From Pseudomonadota bacterium (GTDB taxonomy: Bacteria > Desulfobacterota > Desulfobacteria > Desulfobacterales > JBDRRP01), in the NCBI GenBank assembly GCA_043825735.1, contig JBDRRP010000068.1, positions 1 through 64,000 of the forward strand: 64,000 nucleotides of DNA. The letters run 5' to 3'. Positions within the stretch are counted from its first letter, which is position 1. The number at the start of each line of letters is the position of its first letter. The position numbers and the translations under genes are program-made. Positions 19,899 through 28,151 of the stretch are shown one piece after another. The notes under the pieces were generated by a model. It did not search any database, was not told the DNA's origin, and saw only the letters and a program-made list of their open reading frames with translations.

Positions 19899-20025
19899 TG
19901 ATAAACCCGAAAAAAGTGATTTTGAACCATAGAGACCACAGCGAACCGAAGATAATATACTGAATAATAAGTAAGTTATCTCTGCGACGCTGTGGTGATT
20001 TCGAACTTTTTTACATGGCCATCAA
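19899..20025. repeat. Intergenic palindromic repeat / MITE-like element (family B, copy 1)
   Basis: Near-identical to 44708-44833 (AAAAAGTGATTTTGAACCA.AGAGACCACAG...AGTAAGTTATCTCTGCG...CTGTGGTGATTTC..ACTTTTT). Imperfect terminal inverted repeats. Confidence 0.8.
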
Positions 20026-20064
20026 TCTTGCACGTACGGGAAAGCGAGATCCGCCGCTTTAGGA

Positions 20065-20277
20065 TCATGGTATGGGATCGAATCCACCACTACTAAAAGG
20101 ATGACACCGGCAAATCCTTTTGACAGCCAGTGCGCTGCCTTTAACTGCACCGAATTTTTTGACCGCCTGGTGACCGTATTCCGAGCAGCTCGGATAAAAA
20201 CGGCAAGCCGGACCCAGGACAGGCGACAGAACGATCTGATAAACCCTGATCAGAACGAGCAGCAATTGTTTTAAAAT
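20065..20277 (-). CDS. yidD: Membrane protein insertion efficiency factor YidD
   Basis: IRVYQ..LSP, CRFYPSCSEY, RICRCHPF..GGFDP. Start is either ATT 20277 (best SD spacing) or TTG 20265. Confidence 0.92.
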   Translation of the reverse strand: MLKQLLLVLIRVYQIVLSPVLGPACRFYPSCSEYGHQAVKKFGAVKGSALAVKRICRCHPFSSGGFDPIP

Positions 20278-20627
20278 ATGTCACCTCGATGGTTGCTGAA
20301 GAGCTTTTCCAAAGAAGCCGCCACTTCGTTGCCTGTGAGGGCAGCCGCTTCCCTTTTGGCAATAATATTGATGTCCACGGGTGATTTAAATCGCCTGGCA
20401 TGGTGCCGAAAATACTCTCGGCAGTGGCGTTTGATCCGATTTCTGATAACCGAATTTCCCACGCGTTTACTGACGGTGACGCCCAGTCGGCTGCCGATGT
20501 CATCGCGCCGCGAATACAACGCGATAAAATGGCGGTTCTGGATTTTCTTGCCTTTCTTAGACAACCCGAGGAAGGCGGACCGCTTTAGTAATCGGTGGTG
20601 CTTGGGAAATCGGAATCCTGGGATCAC
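20271..20627 (-). CDS. rnpA: Ribonuclease P protein component
   Basis: FPKHHRLLKR, RLGVTVSKRVGNSVIRNRIKR motif; lies between rpmH and yidD. GTG start approximate. Confidence 0.92.
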   Translation of the reverse strand: MIPGFRFPKHHRLLKRSAFLGLSKKGKKIQNRHFIALYSRRDDIGSRLGVTVSKRVGNSVIRNRIKRHCREYFRHHARRFKSPVDINIIAKREAAALTGNEVAASLEKLFSNHRGDIF

Positions 20628-20734
20628 CGCTGTTCCACTTATATTACGGGATATTTCAGCAGTGCCGACCGGCCCCGCCCCCTCCGAAAAATCTCCGGAA
20701 CGGTGCAATGCCGGCCCCATTTGCGATGACTGCG

Positions 20735-20869
20735 CTACGCGGAAAGCCGTTTGCGTCCCCGTGCCCGGCGTCGGGAGATTACCCGGCGACCGCCCTTGGA
20801 GGACATGCGTTTGAGGAATCCGTGATTTCTGGCCCGTTTGATTTTGCTGGGCTGGTAGGTCCGTTTCAT
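20735..20869 (-). CDS. rpmH: 50S ribosomal protein L34
   Basis: Translated by hand (below ORF-track cutoff): [44 protein letters not shown]. Confidence 0.97.
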   Translation of the reverse strand: MKRTYQPSKIKRARNHGFLKRMSSKGGRRVISRRRARGRKRLSA

Positions 20870-21009
20870 GTGTTACCCCTTTTCATTTCCTTGCTTTTGA
20901 TAGTACCCAGGCCTGGCCAGAACGCACTGGCGAATGTAACGGCCGATTCTCATTACCGATTCACAATCGGGCACACTAACCACATGCCGCCAGCGATGTC
21001 AACCGGATA

Positions 21010-22554
21010 TCAGTCTCTAAGGCTTTCAAAAATGTCGTACTCCTCTAAGTGGTAATGATCGTCAGGATAGATCTCCACCTGCTTGCCGGTACGACTTTCG
21101 ATACTTCGAATCAGTCGGTTCTCCTCGCCATGGAGCAGTTCGGCAATCTCTGGATTGGCACGTAGCGTCAAATAATCACCCACCATATCGTAGGTATCTC
21201 TGATGAGTGATCTATATATGGTATGGCAAACGGTTCGTCTCGAAATGAGGTAGCCCTCACCTTCACAATAAAAACACGGTTCCCGCAGGATGCTCGCCAG
21301 TGACTGTTTGACGCGCTTTCGAGTCATTTGCACCAGACCAAGCTCCGAGATAGGCAGCACATGCGTTTTGCTCCTGTCTCTTTTGAGCGCTTCTTTTAGG
21401 GCGCTGTACGTTTTTTCTTGGTTGATACTTTTTTCCATATCAATGAAATCGATGATAATAAGACCACCGGTATCCCTTAACCGGATCTGGTAGGCGATTT
21501 CTTTTACCGCCTCGAGATTGGTTTTTAGGATGGTTTCCTCCAGGTTGTGCTTGCCCACGTATCGGCCGGTATTGACATCGATGGCGACCAGCGCCTCTGT
21601 TTCTTCAATGACGATATATCCACCTGATTTCAGCCACACTTTTCGCTTGAGCGCGCGGCTGATATCCCCTTCCAGGTTGAATGCATCGAATATGGGTTCA
21701 CTGCCCGCGTACAGTTCCGCACAGTGTTTCATACCCGGCATAAAGGTGTCTAGAAAACTCAATACGCGTTGATATCCCAGGGTCGAATCAATGACGAGCT
21801 TTTCGACTTCATGAGTCAGCAGATCCCTCACTGCCCTCAGGCTCACATCCAGTTCCTGGTGCAATAGTGATGGTGTCGGTGCACTCCGGTAGCGATTTTG
21901 GATGGTGTCCCACAGGTTTTTTAGAAACGCCATTTCCTTGATGAGTTTATCCTCGGAAAGTCCTTCGCTGGCAGTGCGAACAATGTAGCCGTACCCGTCG
22001 TTCTTGTGGGTCTGGATAATCGACTTGAGCCGTTTGCGCTCATCATCGTCTTCAATGCGCCGTGATACGCCAACGTGATCGGAGGTGGGCATAAGCACGA
22101 GAAATCGTCCAGGCAGAGAAATGTGGGTGGTGACCCGAGCCCCCTTGGTGCCGATCGGTGACTTGGAGACGTGGACAAGCAGATCCTGACCCTCCACCAG
22201 CAATTCTTCGATGGGACGCTGGGGATAGCCACCGGATGAACCGGAGGCATCGGAAACCGGCTCACCGTCTGAGCCACCGTTGTCGTCTTCGGTTTCTAAA
22301 AAATGGGCCTCAACATCACGATACTGGTTGTCCACCACGTCATTGACATAAATAAAGGCCGCTTGGTCAAGCCCGATGTCCACAAAGGCCGCCTGCATAC
22401 CGGGTAGCACCCGCTGAACGCGACCCTTGTAAATGTTTCCAGCGATGACCGCGTCGTCCATGCGATTTATGAACAGTTCGGCAATGGTACCGTCTTCCAC
22501 TAACGCCACGCGCGTCTCGTGATCGGCCACGTTGATGACCAGCTTCTTATCCAT
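21010..22554 (-). CDS. rng: Ribonuclease G (Rne/Rng family)
   Basis: GNIYKGRV..VLPGMQAAFVDIG, TKGARVT, IDVNTG, NLEA, IIIDFIDM, CFYCEG. Confidence 0.93.
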   Translation of the reverse strand: MDKKLVINVADHETRVALVEDGTIAELFINRMDDAVIAGNIYKGRVQRVLPGMQAAFVDIGLDQAAFIYVNDVVDNQYRDVEAHFLETEDDNGGSDGEPVSDASGSSGGYPQRPIEELLVEGQDLLVHVSKSPIGTKGARVTTHISLPGRFLVLMPTSDHVGVSRRIEDDDERKRLKSIIQTHKNDGYGYIVRTASEGLSEDKLIKEMAFLKNLWDTIQNRYRSAPTPSLLHQELDVSLRAVRDLLTHEVEKLVIDSTLGYQRVLSFLDTFMPGMKHCAELYAGSEPIFDAFNLEGDISRALKRKVWLKSGGYIVIEETEALVAIDVNTGRYVGKHNLEETILKTNLEAVKEIAYQIRLRDTGGLIIIDFIDMEKSINQEKTYSALKEALKRDRSKTHVLPISELGLVQMTRKRVKQSLASILREPCFYCEGEGYLISRRTVCHTIYRSLIRDTYDMVGDYLTLRANPEIAELLHGEENRLIRSIESRTGKQVEIYPDDHYHLEEYDIFESLRD

Positions 22555-22682
22555 GCGATTTCTCCCGGCCGTCAGCGGTGATGTAACATAATTTGATCCG
22601 GTGGATGTTTCCTATACCCACATCGGAAGCAAACCGTGGTTCCTGTCTGCACCGACGTGATCCGGAAATCGTCCGATAACGC

Positions 22683-25199
22683 CTATCCCTTGTCCGCAAA
22701 AAAACTTTTTTCCTTCATAATCCGTACCGTTTGGATTTCAGCATCGCCCATGTTGAAAACCGAGTAAAGAACATCGCCGGGTCTCACGGCCATACCGGCA
22801 GGCGTGTGTAGGGTGAGAACGAGTTCTCGATCGCTGTCGCTGAGCATTGTACCAACACGGGTCTTTAAATCCAGGGCTTTTTCTTTTCCTGCGCGGCCCG
22901 TTTTAGTAAAGGGCCACGCCGCAGATGCGTTGAACCGTGCGATGGCCATTGGATCGAACACTGCTGACGGTGCCACTATCCGATAGCGGACGGCGACGGG
23001 CGTCAGCAGCCGTTGGGCCTTTGTGACATCCACAACCGCAAGTCCATCAGGAAGCTGCCGATTCATGGCATCTTCAATGCGGTCCAAGTCACCATCAATG
23101 CCCACCCAGACCAACATCTGTTCATCTTTGCTTTCGATGCCTACAGGCAGTGGATCGTTGAAGGCCATCTTCGGTTTAGGATGATATCCTTCGGTGTAGC
23201 GGATGGGAATACCCGTTCGCCGGAGAGCGCGGGTCATGATACTGATGAGCTCAAGGTGTCCGAAGTACCGTGCTGAACCGGTTTTTTCGTAGGTGATCCG
23301 CATCGGCTTGAAATTCTCCGGCGTGCCGCCGGGCCTGGAGACAGCCGATATCGTCACTGGTGTATCGCTATCTCCGGTAATCCGTGGAGCGATCGTGACA
23401 AAATCGCAGACACCGCACTGGTGGCATTGGCCCGTCCGGCAGTCCTCTGTGGATACAGCCTCTTTGGCCCGGTGCCATTCTGACGCCAGGTAGGAACTTG
23501 TGACCCCGATGTCCACAACATCCCACGGCAGTGGTTCCTCGATGGCGCGCTCCCGAAAAATAAGGGCGTTAGGATCAATTCCTTCTTCGGCCATGGCCTC
23601 CTGCCACTTGGTGATATCGAAGTGATCGCTCCACCCGTCAAACCGACACCCTTTTTTGAAGGCCGCAACCAGCAGCCGGCTCAACCGGCGATCTCCCCGG
23701 CTGCAGACCCCCTCGACCAGACTGGTCTCCGGATTTTGCCATTTCATCTGGACCCCGGGCATCTTCAACCGCCGCCGCAACCCCTCAAGCACCGATCGGG
23801 CTGCTCCCGGCGCAATCTGATCGCACCACTGAAAGGGCGTGTGAGGTTTGGGAACAAAAATACCCACACTGACATTGAACTTTCCTTTTTTTCCCGCACC
23901 CTTTCGGGTCGACTGCAAGGAGGCCACCAGATCCACTAGCGCCTGGTGGTCTTCCGGTGTCTCGGTGGGTAGTCCGATCATGAAATACAGCTTAATCAGC
24001 TGCCATCCAAGACCAAAGGCCTCTGCCACGGTTTGGCGCAGATCATCCTCTGTGATGTTTTTATTGATCACATCCCGTAGTCGCTGGCTGCCGGCCTCCG
24101 GAGCCAGTGTGAATCCGGTCTTTCTCACCTTTTGGATCAGTTTCATGAGGGGTGGCGTCAGGGTTCCGACCCTGAGAGACGGCAGACTCAATGCGATGCG
24201 GTCGGCTTCACAACGGGCCATTAATCGGTCCATGAGTGGTGTGATACCGGAATAATCACCCGTGCTCAGCGACAGCAGGGAAATGTCTTCGTAACCGGTT
24301 GCCGCAAGACTTTGATTCGACAGGTCTACAAGGTTTTGAACCGAACGCTCTCGAACCGGACGGTAAATCATTCCTGCCTGACAGAATCGGCAGCCCCGGG
24401 TGCAGCCCCGGGCGAGCTCCAGGCGCAATCGGTCGTGGACCGGGCGTCCGTAAGGCAGTACCGGTTTATCGGGAAACGGTGCCCGGTTCAAATCAGAGAT
24501 CGTGGCCCGGCGAACGCGCGCAGGAGATGCGCCGATCGGCGTGAGCCGCTGATGGCCCCCGGCCTCAACGCTCACACTGTAACGGCTGGGCAAATAAACG
24601 CCTTGCAGATGAGACCATTCGTCAAGTATCGCTGTTTTCTCAGACCGGACATTCCCGGCCGCCAAAGCAATGGCCATCATGTCATCAACCACGGCCTCAC
24701 CGTCACCGATGACCATGGCATCAAAAAAAACGGCCACCGGTTCAGGGTTGCAGGTGCAGGGGCCGCCGGCGATGACCACAGGATCCTTTGGACCGCGCTC
24801 GCCAGAAAGGAGCGGGATTTTCCCCAAATCGAGAATATTGAGCATGTTGGTATAATTGAGCTCGTAAAGCAGGCTGACCCCGATGATGTCGAACTGATTC
24901 AATGGCGTCCGGGTTTCCAGCGATACCATGGGCATTTTTTGATCCCTCAGGTATCGCTCAAGATCGAGCCCGGGGGCGAAAACCCGTTCGGCCACGATGT
25001 CCGGGTGACGGTTGAGCATGTTGTAGAGAATCTGCATGCCGAAATGGCTGGTGCCGATTTCATATAAATCGGGAAACACAAGCGCCACGGAAAGCTTTAC
25101 CCGACGGTGATCCTTCACAACGGCATTGATCTCGTTGCCCAGGTATTGACTTGGCTGTTGCATGCCGATGAGCATGTCTTGATAGGAAAATTGGTCCAT
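22683..25199 (-). CDS. Radical SAM protein (TIGR03960-like) fused to a radical SAM-linked domain (TIGR03936/DUF2344-like)
   Basis: PDLYEIGTSHFG, RGCTRGCRFCQAG (CxxxCxxC), APEAGSQRLR, YFMIGLP, CHQCGVC; C-terminal YFGHLE...GYHPKPK. Confidence 0.85.
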   Translation of the reverse strand: MDQFSYQDMLIGMQQPSQYLGNEINAVVKDHRRVKLSVALVFPDLYEIGTSHFGMQILYNMLNRHPDIVAERVFAPGLDLERYLRDQKMPMVSLETRTPLNQFDIIGVSLLYELNYTNMLNILDLGKIPLLSGERGPKDPVVIAGGPCTCNPEPVAVFFDAMVIGDGEAVVDDMMAIALAAGNVRSEKTAILDEWSHLQGVYLPSRYSVSVEAGGHQRLTPIGASPARVRRATISDLNRAPFPDKPVLPYGRPVHDRLRLELARGCTRGCRFCQAGMIYRPVRERSVQNLVDLSNQSLAATGYEDISLLSLSTGDYSGITPLMDRLMARCEADRIALSLPSLRVGTLTPPLMKLIQKVRKTGFTLAPEAGSQRLRDVINKNITEDDLRQTVAEAFGLGWQLIKLYFMIGLPTETPEDHQALVDLVASLQSTRKGAGKKGKFNVSVGIFVPKPHTPFQWCDQIAPGAARSVLEGLRRRLKMPGVQMKWQNPETSLVEGVCSRGDRRLSRLLVAAFKKGCRFDGWSDHFDITKWQEAMAEEGIDPNALIFRERAIEEPLPWDVVDIGVTSSYLASEWHRAKEAVSTEDCRTGQCHQCGVCDFVTIAPRITGDSDTPVTISAVSRPGGTPENFKPMRITYEKTGSARYFGHLELISIMTRALRRTGIPIRYTEGYHPKPKMAFNDPLPVGIESKDEQMLVWVGIDGDLDRIEDAMNRQLPDGLAVVDVTKAQRLLTPVAVRYRIVAPSAVFDPMAIARFNASAAWPFTKTGRAGKEKALDLKTRVGTMLSDSDRELVLTLHTPAGMAVRPGDVLYSVFNMGDAEIQTVRIMKEKSFFADKG

Positions 25200-25395
25200 T
25201 TAACTGATCACAACCCGTTCATTTCGTGTCTGTGGTTATCCATCACGAAGAAAACCCTTGCATTCTGATAAGGACTTCGTGATCGTTGATAAAAGCCGCG
25301 GCCCGCGGTTATCGGTGACAACACCGCTGGATGCCGTGCCGAAAATCGGTGAATATGGCCATGCATTCACTGCCCCGCACCAACTTTTACGGGAA

Positions 25396-26805
25396 ATGCG
25401 TCACATGCCAAAAATATGCGCTGTCACCAAGGAATTCCTTTTGTTGTTTTTTTTAATGTCTTTCTGTGCAGGCCCCGCGCCCGTTCTTGCCGACAAACAT
25501 AACCGAGAAACCCCCGTTGTCAAAGCGGTGCGGATGGTCGGCCCGGCGGTGGTGAACGTAAGCACGGAAACCGTGGACCGGCAAACCGGCCATCCTTATT
25601 CCAGCTTTGGCGGCGACCCGTTCTTTGAACATTTTTTCCGGGACTTTTTTGAATCCCTGCCGCAGCAGGAATTCCGGCGCACCAGTCTTGGGTCCGGTGT
25701 CATCATCGACGGCAAGAAGGGGTTTGTGCTCACAAACGCCCATGTGATCGGTCGGGCCACGACCATCACCGTCACACTTCAAGACGAACGCTCATATACC
25801 GCTGACATCGTCGGCGCCGATCCGGACTCCGATCTGGCGGTATTGCGCATTGCGGCAGACGCGCCGTTGCCGGCAATCGCCATGGGCTCGAGTGACGATC
25901 TGATGATCGGAGAAACGGTTATCGCCATTGGCAACCCTTTCGGCTTTTCACACACGGTCACCACCGGCGTCATCAGCGCGATCAACCGCAGTATCCGTGC
26001 CGAGGAGCAGGTATTTCGCGATTTCATCCAGATCGATGCCTCCATCAACCCGGGTAACAGCGGCGGTCCGTTGCTCAATATCGACGGTGCACTCATCGGT
26101 ATCAACACCGCCATTTACGCCAAGGCCCAGGGTATCGGATTTGCCATCCCCATCAACACCGCCCGACGCATCGTCAATGACCTCATTTTGTTCGGTGAAG
26201 TGGTCCAGCCCTGGTTGGGCCTGACCATTCAGGCGCTGGACTCAAAACTGGCGGACTATCTGGACGTTCCCGGCAGGCGGGGAGTGGTGGTCCATAAAGT
26301 CGTCACCGGCAGCCCCGCCGACAGCGCCAGGGTGAAAAGCGGAGACATCCTCTTGTCGATGGATCAGACCCCGGTCGGGAGCATCGACGACTACGACGGC
26401 GCCCTGTCACGAATCAGGACCGGCGATGCCGTTGCCCTGACACTCTGGCGGGACCGACGCCGGCTGACAACCTCCTTGAAAGCCGCCGTGTTTCCTGAAT
26501 CGCTCGCATTGCCGCTGGCGCAGGCATTGCTGGGAATCACCATTGCCGATATCGACGGCGACCTCCGCCAGCGCTACCGCATCTTGGCAGATGAAGGCGT
26601 GGTCATCACCGAAAGCCGCCCTCAAACGGATTTAGACCGCATCGGTATCCGGCCCGGGGATGTCATCCGTCAGGTGGATGACATGAATATCGCCGGCATC
26701 GATGATTTCAAGAAGGCTGTCGTCAAGTACCGGCGGAAAAAATCAGTGACGATGGTTATCCAGCGGGGGCGCCAGGGATATACCATCACGGTAAGGCTAA
26801 ACTAG
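25396..26805 (+). CDS. DegP/HtrA (Do family) periplasmic serine protease with two PDZ domains
   Basis: LGSGVII, TNAHV, DLAVL, GNPFG, INPGNSGGPL. Start approximate. Confidence 0.92.
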   Translation: MRHMPKICAVTKEFLLLFFLMSFCAGPAPVLADKHNRETPVVKAVRMVGPAVVNVSTETVDRQTGHPYSSFGGDPFFEHFFRDFFESLPQQEFRRTSLGSGVIIDGKKGFVLTNAHVIGRATTITVTLQDERSYTADIVGADPDSDLAVLRIAADAPLPAIAMGSSDDLMIGETVIAIGNPFGFSHTVTTGVISAINRSIRAEEQVFRDFIQIDASINPGNSGGPLLNIDGALIGINTAIYAKAQGIGFAIPINTARRIVNDLILFGEVVQPWLGLTIQALDSKLADYLDVPGRRGVVVHKVVTGSPADSARVKSGDILLSMDQTPVGSIDDYDGALSRIRTGDAVALTLWRDRRRLTTSLKAAVFPESLALPLAQALLGITIADIDGDLRQRYRILADEGVVITESRPQTDLDRIGIRPGDVIRQVDDMNIAGIDDFKKAVVKYRRKKSVTMVIQRGRQGYTITVRLN

Positions 26806-26948
26806 TGTCCATCCATAAACGGCATCTTTTGGCCCCTGGCGGCGTACTCACTCGTCTTCAATCCTCGAAATAGCAGGCTATTCCTCCGGTTGAAGACTCG
26901 TTCGAGCCTTGCCAGGAACCAAAATCTACCATTTCTGGACGGACACTA
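26803..26948 (+). mobile_element. ~146 bp rod-like palindromic element (family A, copy 1; MITE-like)
   Basis: Terminal inverted repeats TAGTGTCCATCCATAAA / TTTCTGGACGGACACTA. Internal stems CCTGGC/GCCAGG and GTCTTCAA/TTGAAGAC. Colinear with the reverse complement of 33038-33183. Confidence 0.75.
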
Positions 26949-26979
26949 AACGAATTAATTTCAAAGATCCGACAATAAG

Positions 26980-27017
26980 AAAAAAGGCCGCGGCGGGCTT
27001 TCCCCACCGCGGCCTTT
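26980..27017 (-). terminator. Rho-independent (possibly bidirectional) terminator
   Basis: AAAAAAGGCCGCGG...CCGCGGCCTTT between convergent genes. Confidence 0.8.
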
Positions 27018-27034
27018 AGGGATCAAACAGGGTA

Positions 27035-27862
27035 TTAATCGATGGTGTTGCTCAATCCGCTGGCTATCACCGCGTCATTTTCAATGACGAAATAGCGGTA
27101 TTTCTGCATCACCCCGGTGCCCGCCTCGTTGTTGTAAAACCGCTCCTGGGTCATGACGTCCAGTTGCTTGACCGCGGCCGGCTTACCCCAGACCCGGTCC
27201 ACGTCGGCAACGCTGAGAGGATGTTTCTGATAATAAATCTTGCTCAGTTCCGTGACGTATTCGGGCTTGGTGGTGCCTTTGCCGCCGATCTGGGTCTCGC
27301 CGATCGAGTCGGTGGCGCCGCTGCCCATAACCCGCCCGTCCTTTACGATGAAGTACTGATAAGCAGTGTCGACAAGCCAGGGCGTTTTCATCTTGTAGAC
27401 ATAAACCAGCCCACCACTGGCGATGGGTTTTGTGACGACCGGATCGCCCATGACCTTTTCCAGCTTTTCGACGGAAACCATGTTTTTCTTGTAGTATGCC
27501 TGGTCCAGCCGGCTGACAGGAAACTGTTCCGGTTTCTTTGAATCGCCCGTTTTATCGATGGTCTGGCTCAACCCGGAATAGAGCACCGTGCCGTCTTTAA
27601 TGACAAAGAACCGGTAGGCCGTATCCACGATAAAGGAATCCTTGAGTTTGTAATAGAGCTTTTCTGTATCACCGGCTGATTTCACAACGGCGGTGGGTTT
27701 GCCCCACTGCTTTTTCACCTGATCCGCGGACATGGGGTGCTTTTCGTAAAACGCCTGGCTGGTTTGGTCGAAAGCCGCAGCGGTACCGGCGAACACCCCT
27801 CCCCCCACGAGCAGGGCGCACACCAGTAGCGTCAGTCGACGGAAACCCAATTTGTGATTCAT
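27035..27862 (-). CDS. Exported hypothetical protein with three tandem ~85-aa repeats
   Basis: AGGAGG RBS; signal peptide ending TAAA; three repeats of Y.K.(P).S...V...(W/M)G.P......Y.....Y..F.(I/V).(D/N)..V..SG...(T/S)I. Confidence 0.8.
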   Translation of the reverse strand: MNHKLGFRRLTLLVCALLVGGGVFAGTAAAFDQTSQAFYEKHPMSADQVKKQWGKPTAVVKSAGDTEKLYYKLKDSFIVDTAYRFFVIKDGTVLYSGLSQTIDKTGDSKKPEQFPVSRLDQAYYKKNMVSVEKLEKVMGDPVVTKPIASGGLVYVYKMKTPWLVDTAYQYFIVKDGRVMGSGATDSIGETQIGGKGTTKPEYVTELSKIYYQKHPLSVADVDRVWGKPAAVKQLDVMTQERFYNNEAGTGVMQKYRYFVIENDAVIASGLSNTID

Positions 27863-28151
27863 CGTCTCCCTCCTGATTTGGTTATCGTTAGGCTTTTTTT
27901 GCCCTAATCGCGAATTGCGTTGTTGATGGCTTCTGTTGTCTGGTCAGATGGGAAGCCACACGCCGGTCAAGGCCTGTGGCCGTGCTATCCGTACATAACC
28001 GAAACACCTGAAATGAATCAAGAGATTTTATCTCGTCCAGGTATCTTTCATGGTTCTTATGCCGACTTGCCATCACTCATGGCCGGTGGTAATGGACTGC
28101 CTAAGACCGTGGTTTTGTCATAATAACAAGACGCCAAGGAGCTGCAGATTC

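Noticed and set aside
20735..20869. Possible frameshift in rpmH
   Set aside because: Recounting the C-run at 20757-20760 gives an intact 44-aa L34.
27863..28151. Riboswitch or T-box between the repeat-protein gene and asnS
   Set aside because: Some hairpins, but no T-box or c-di-GMP consensus recognised; likely divergent promoters.
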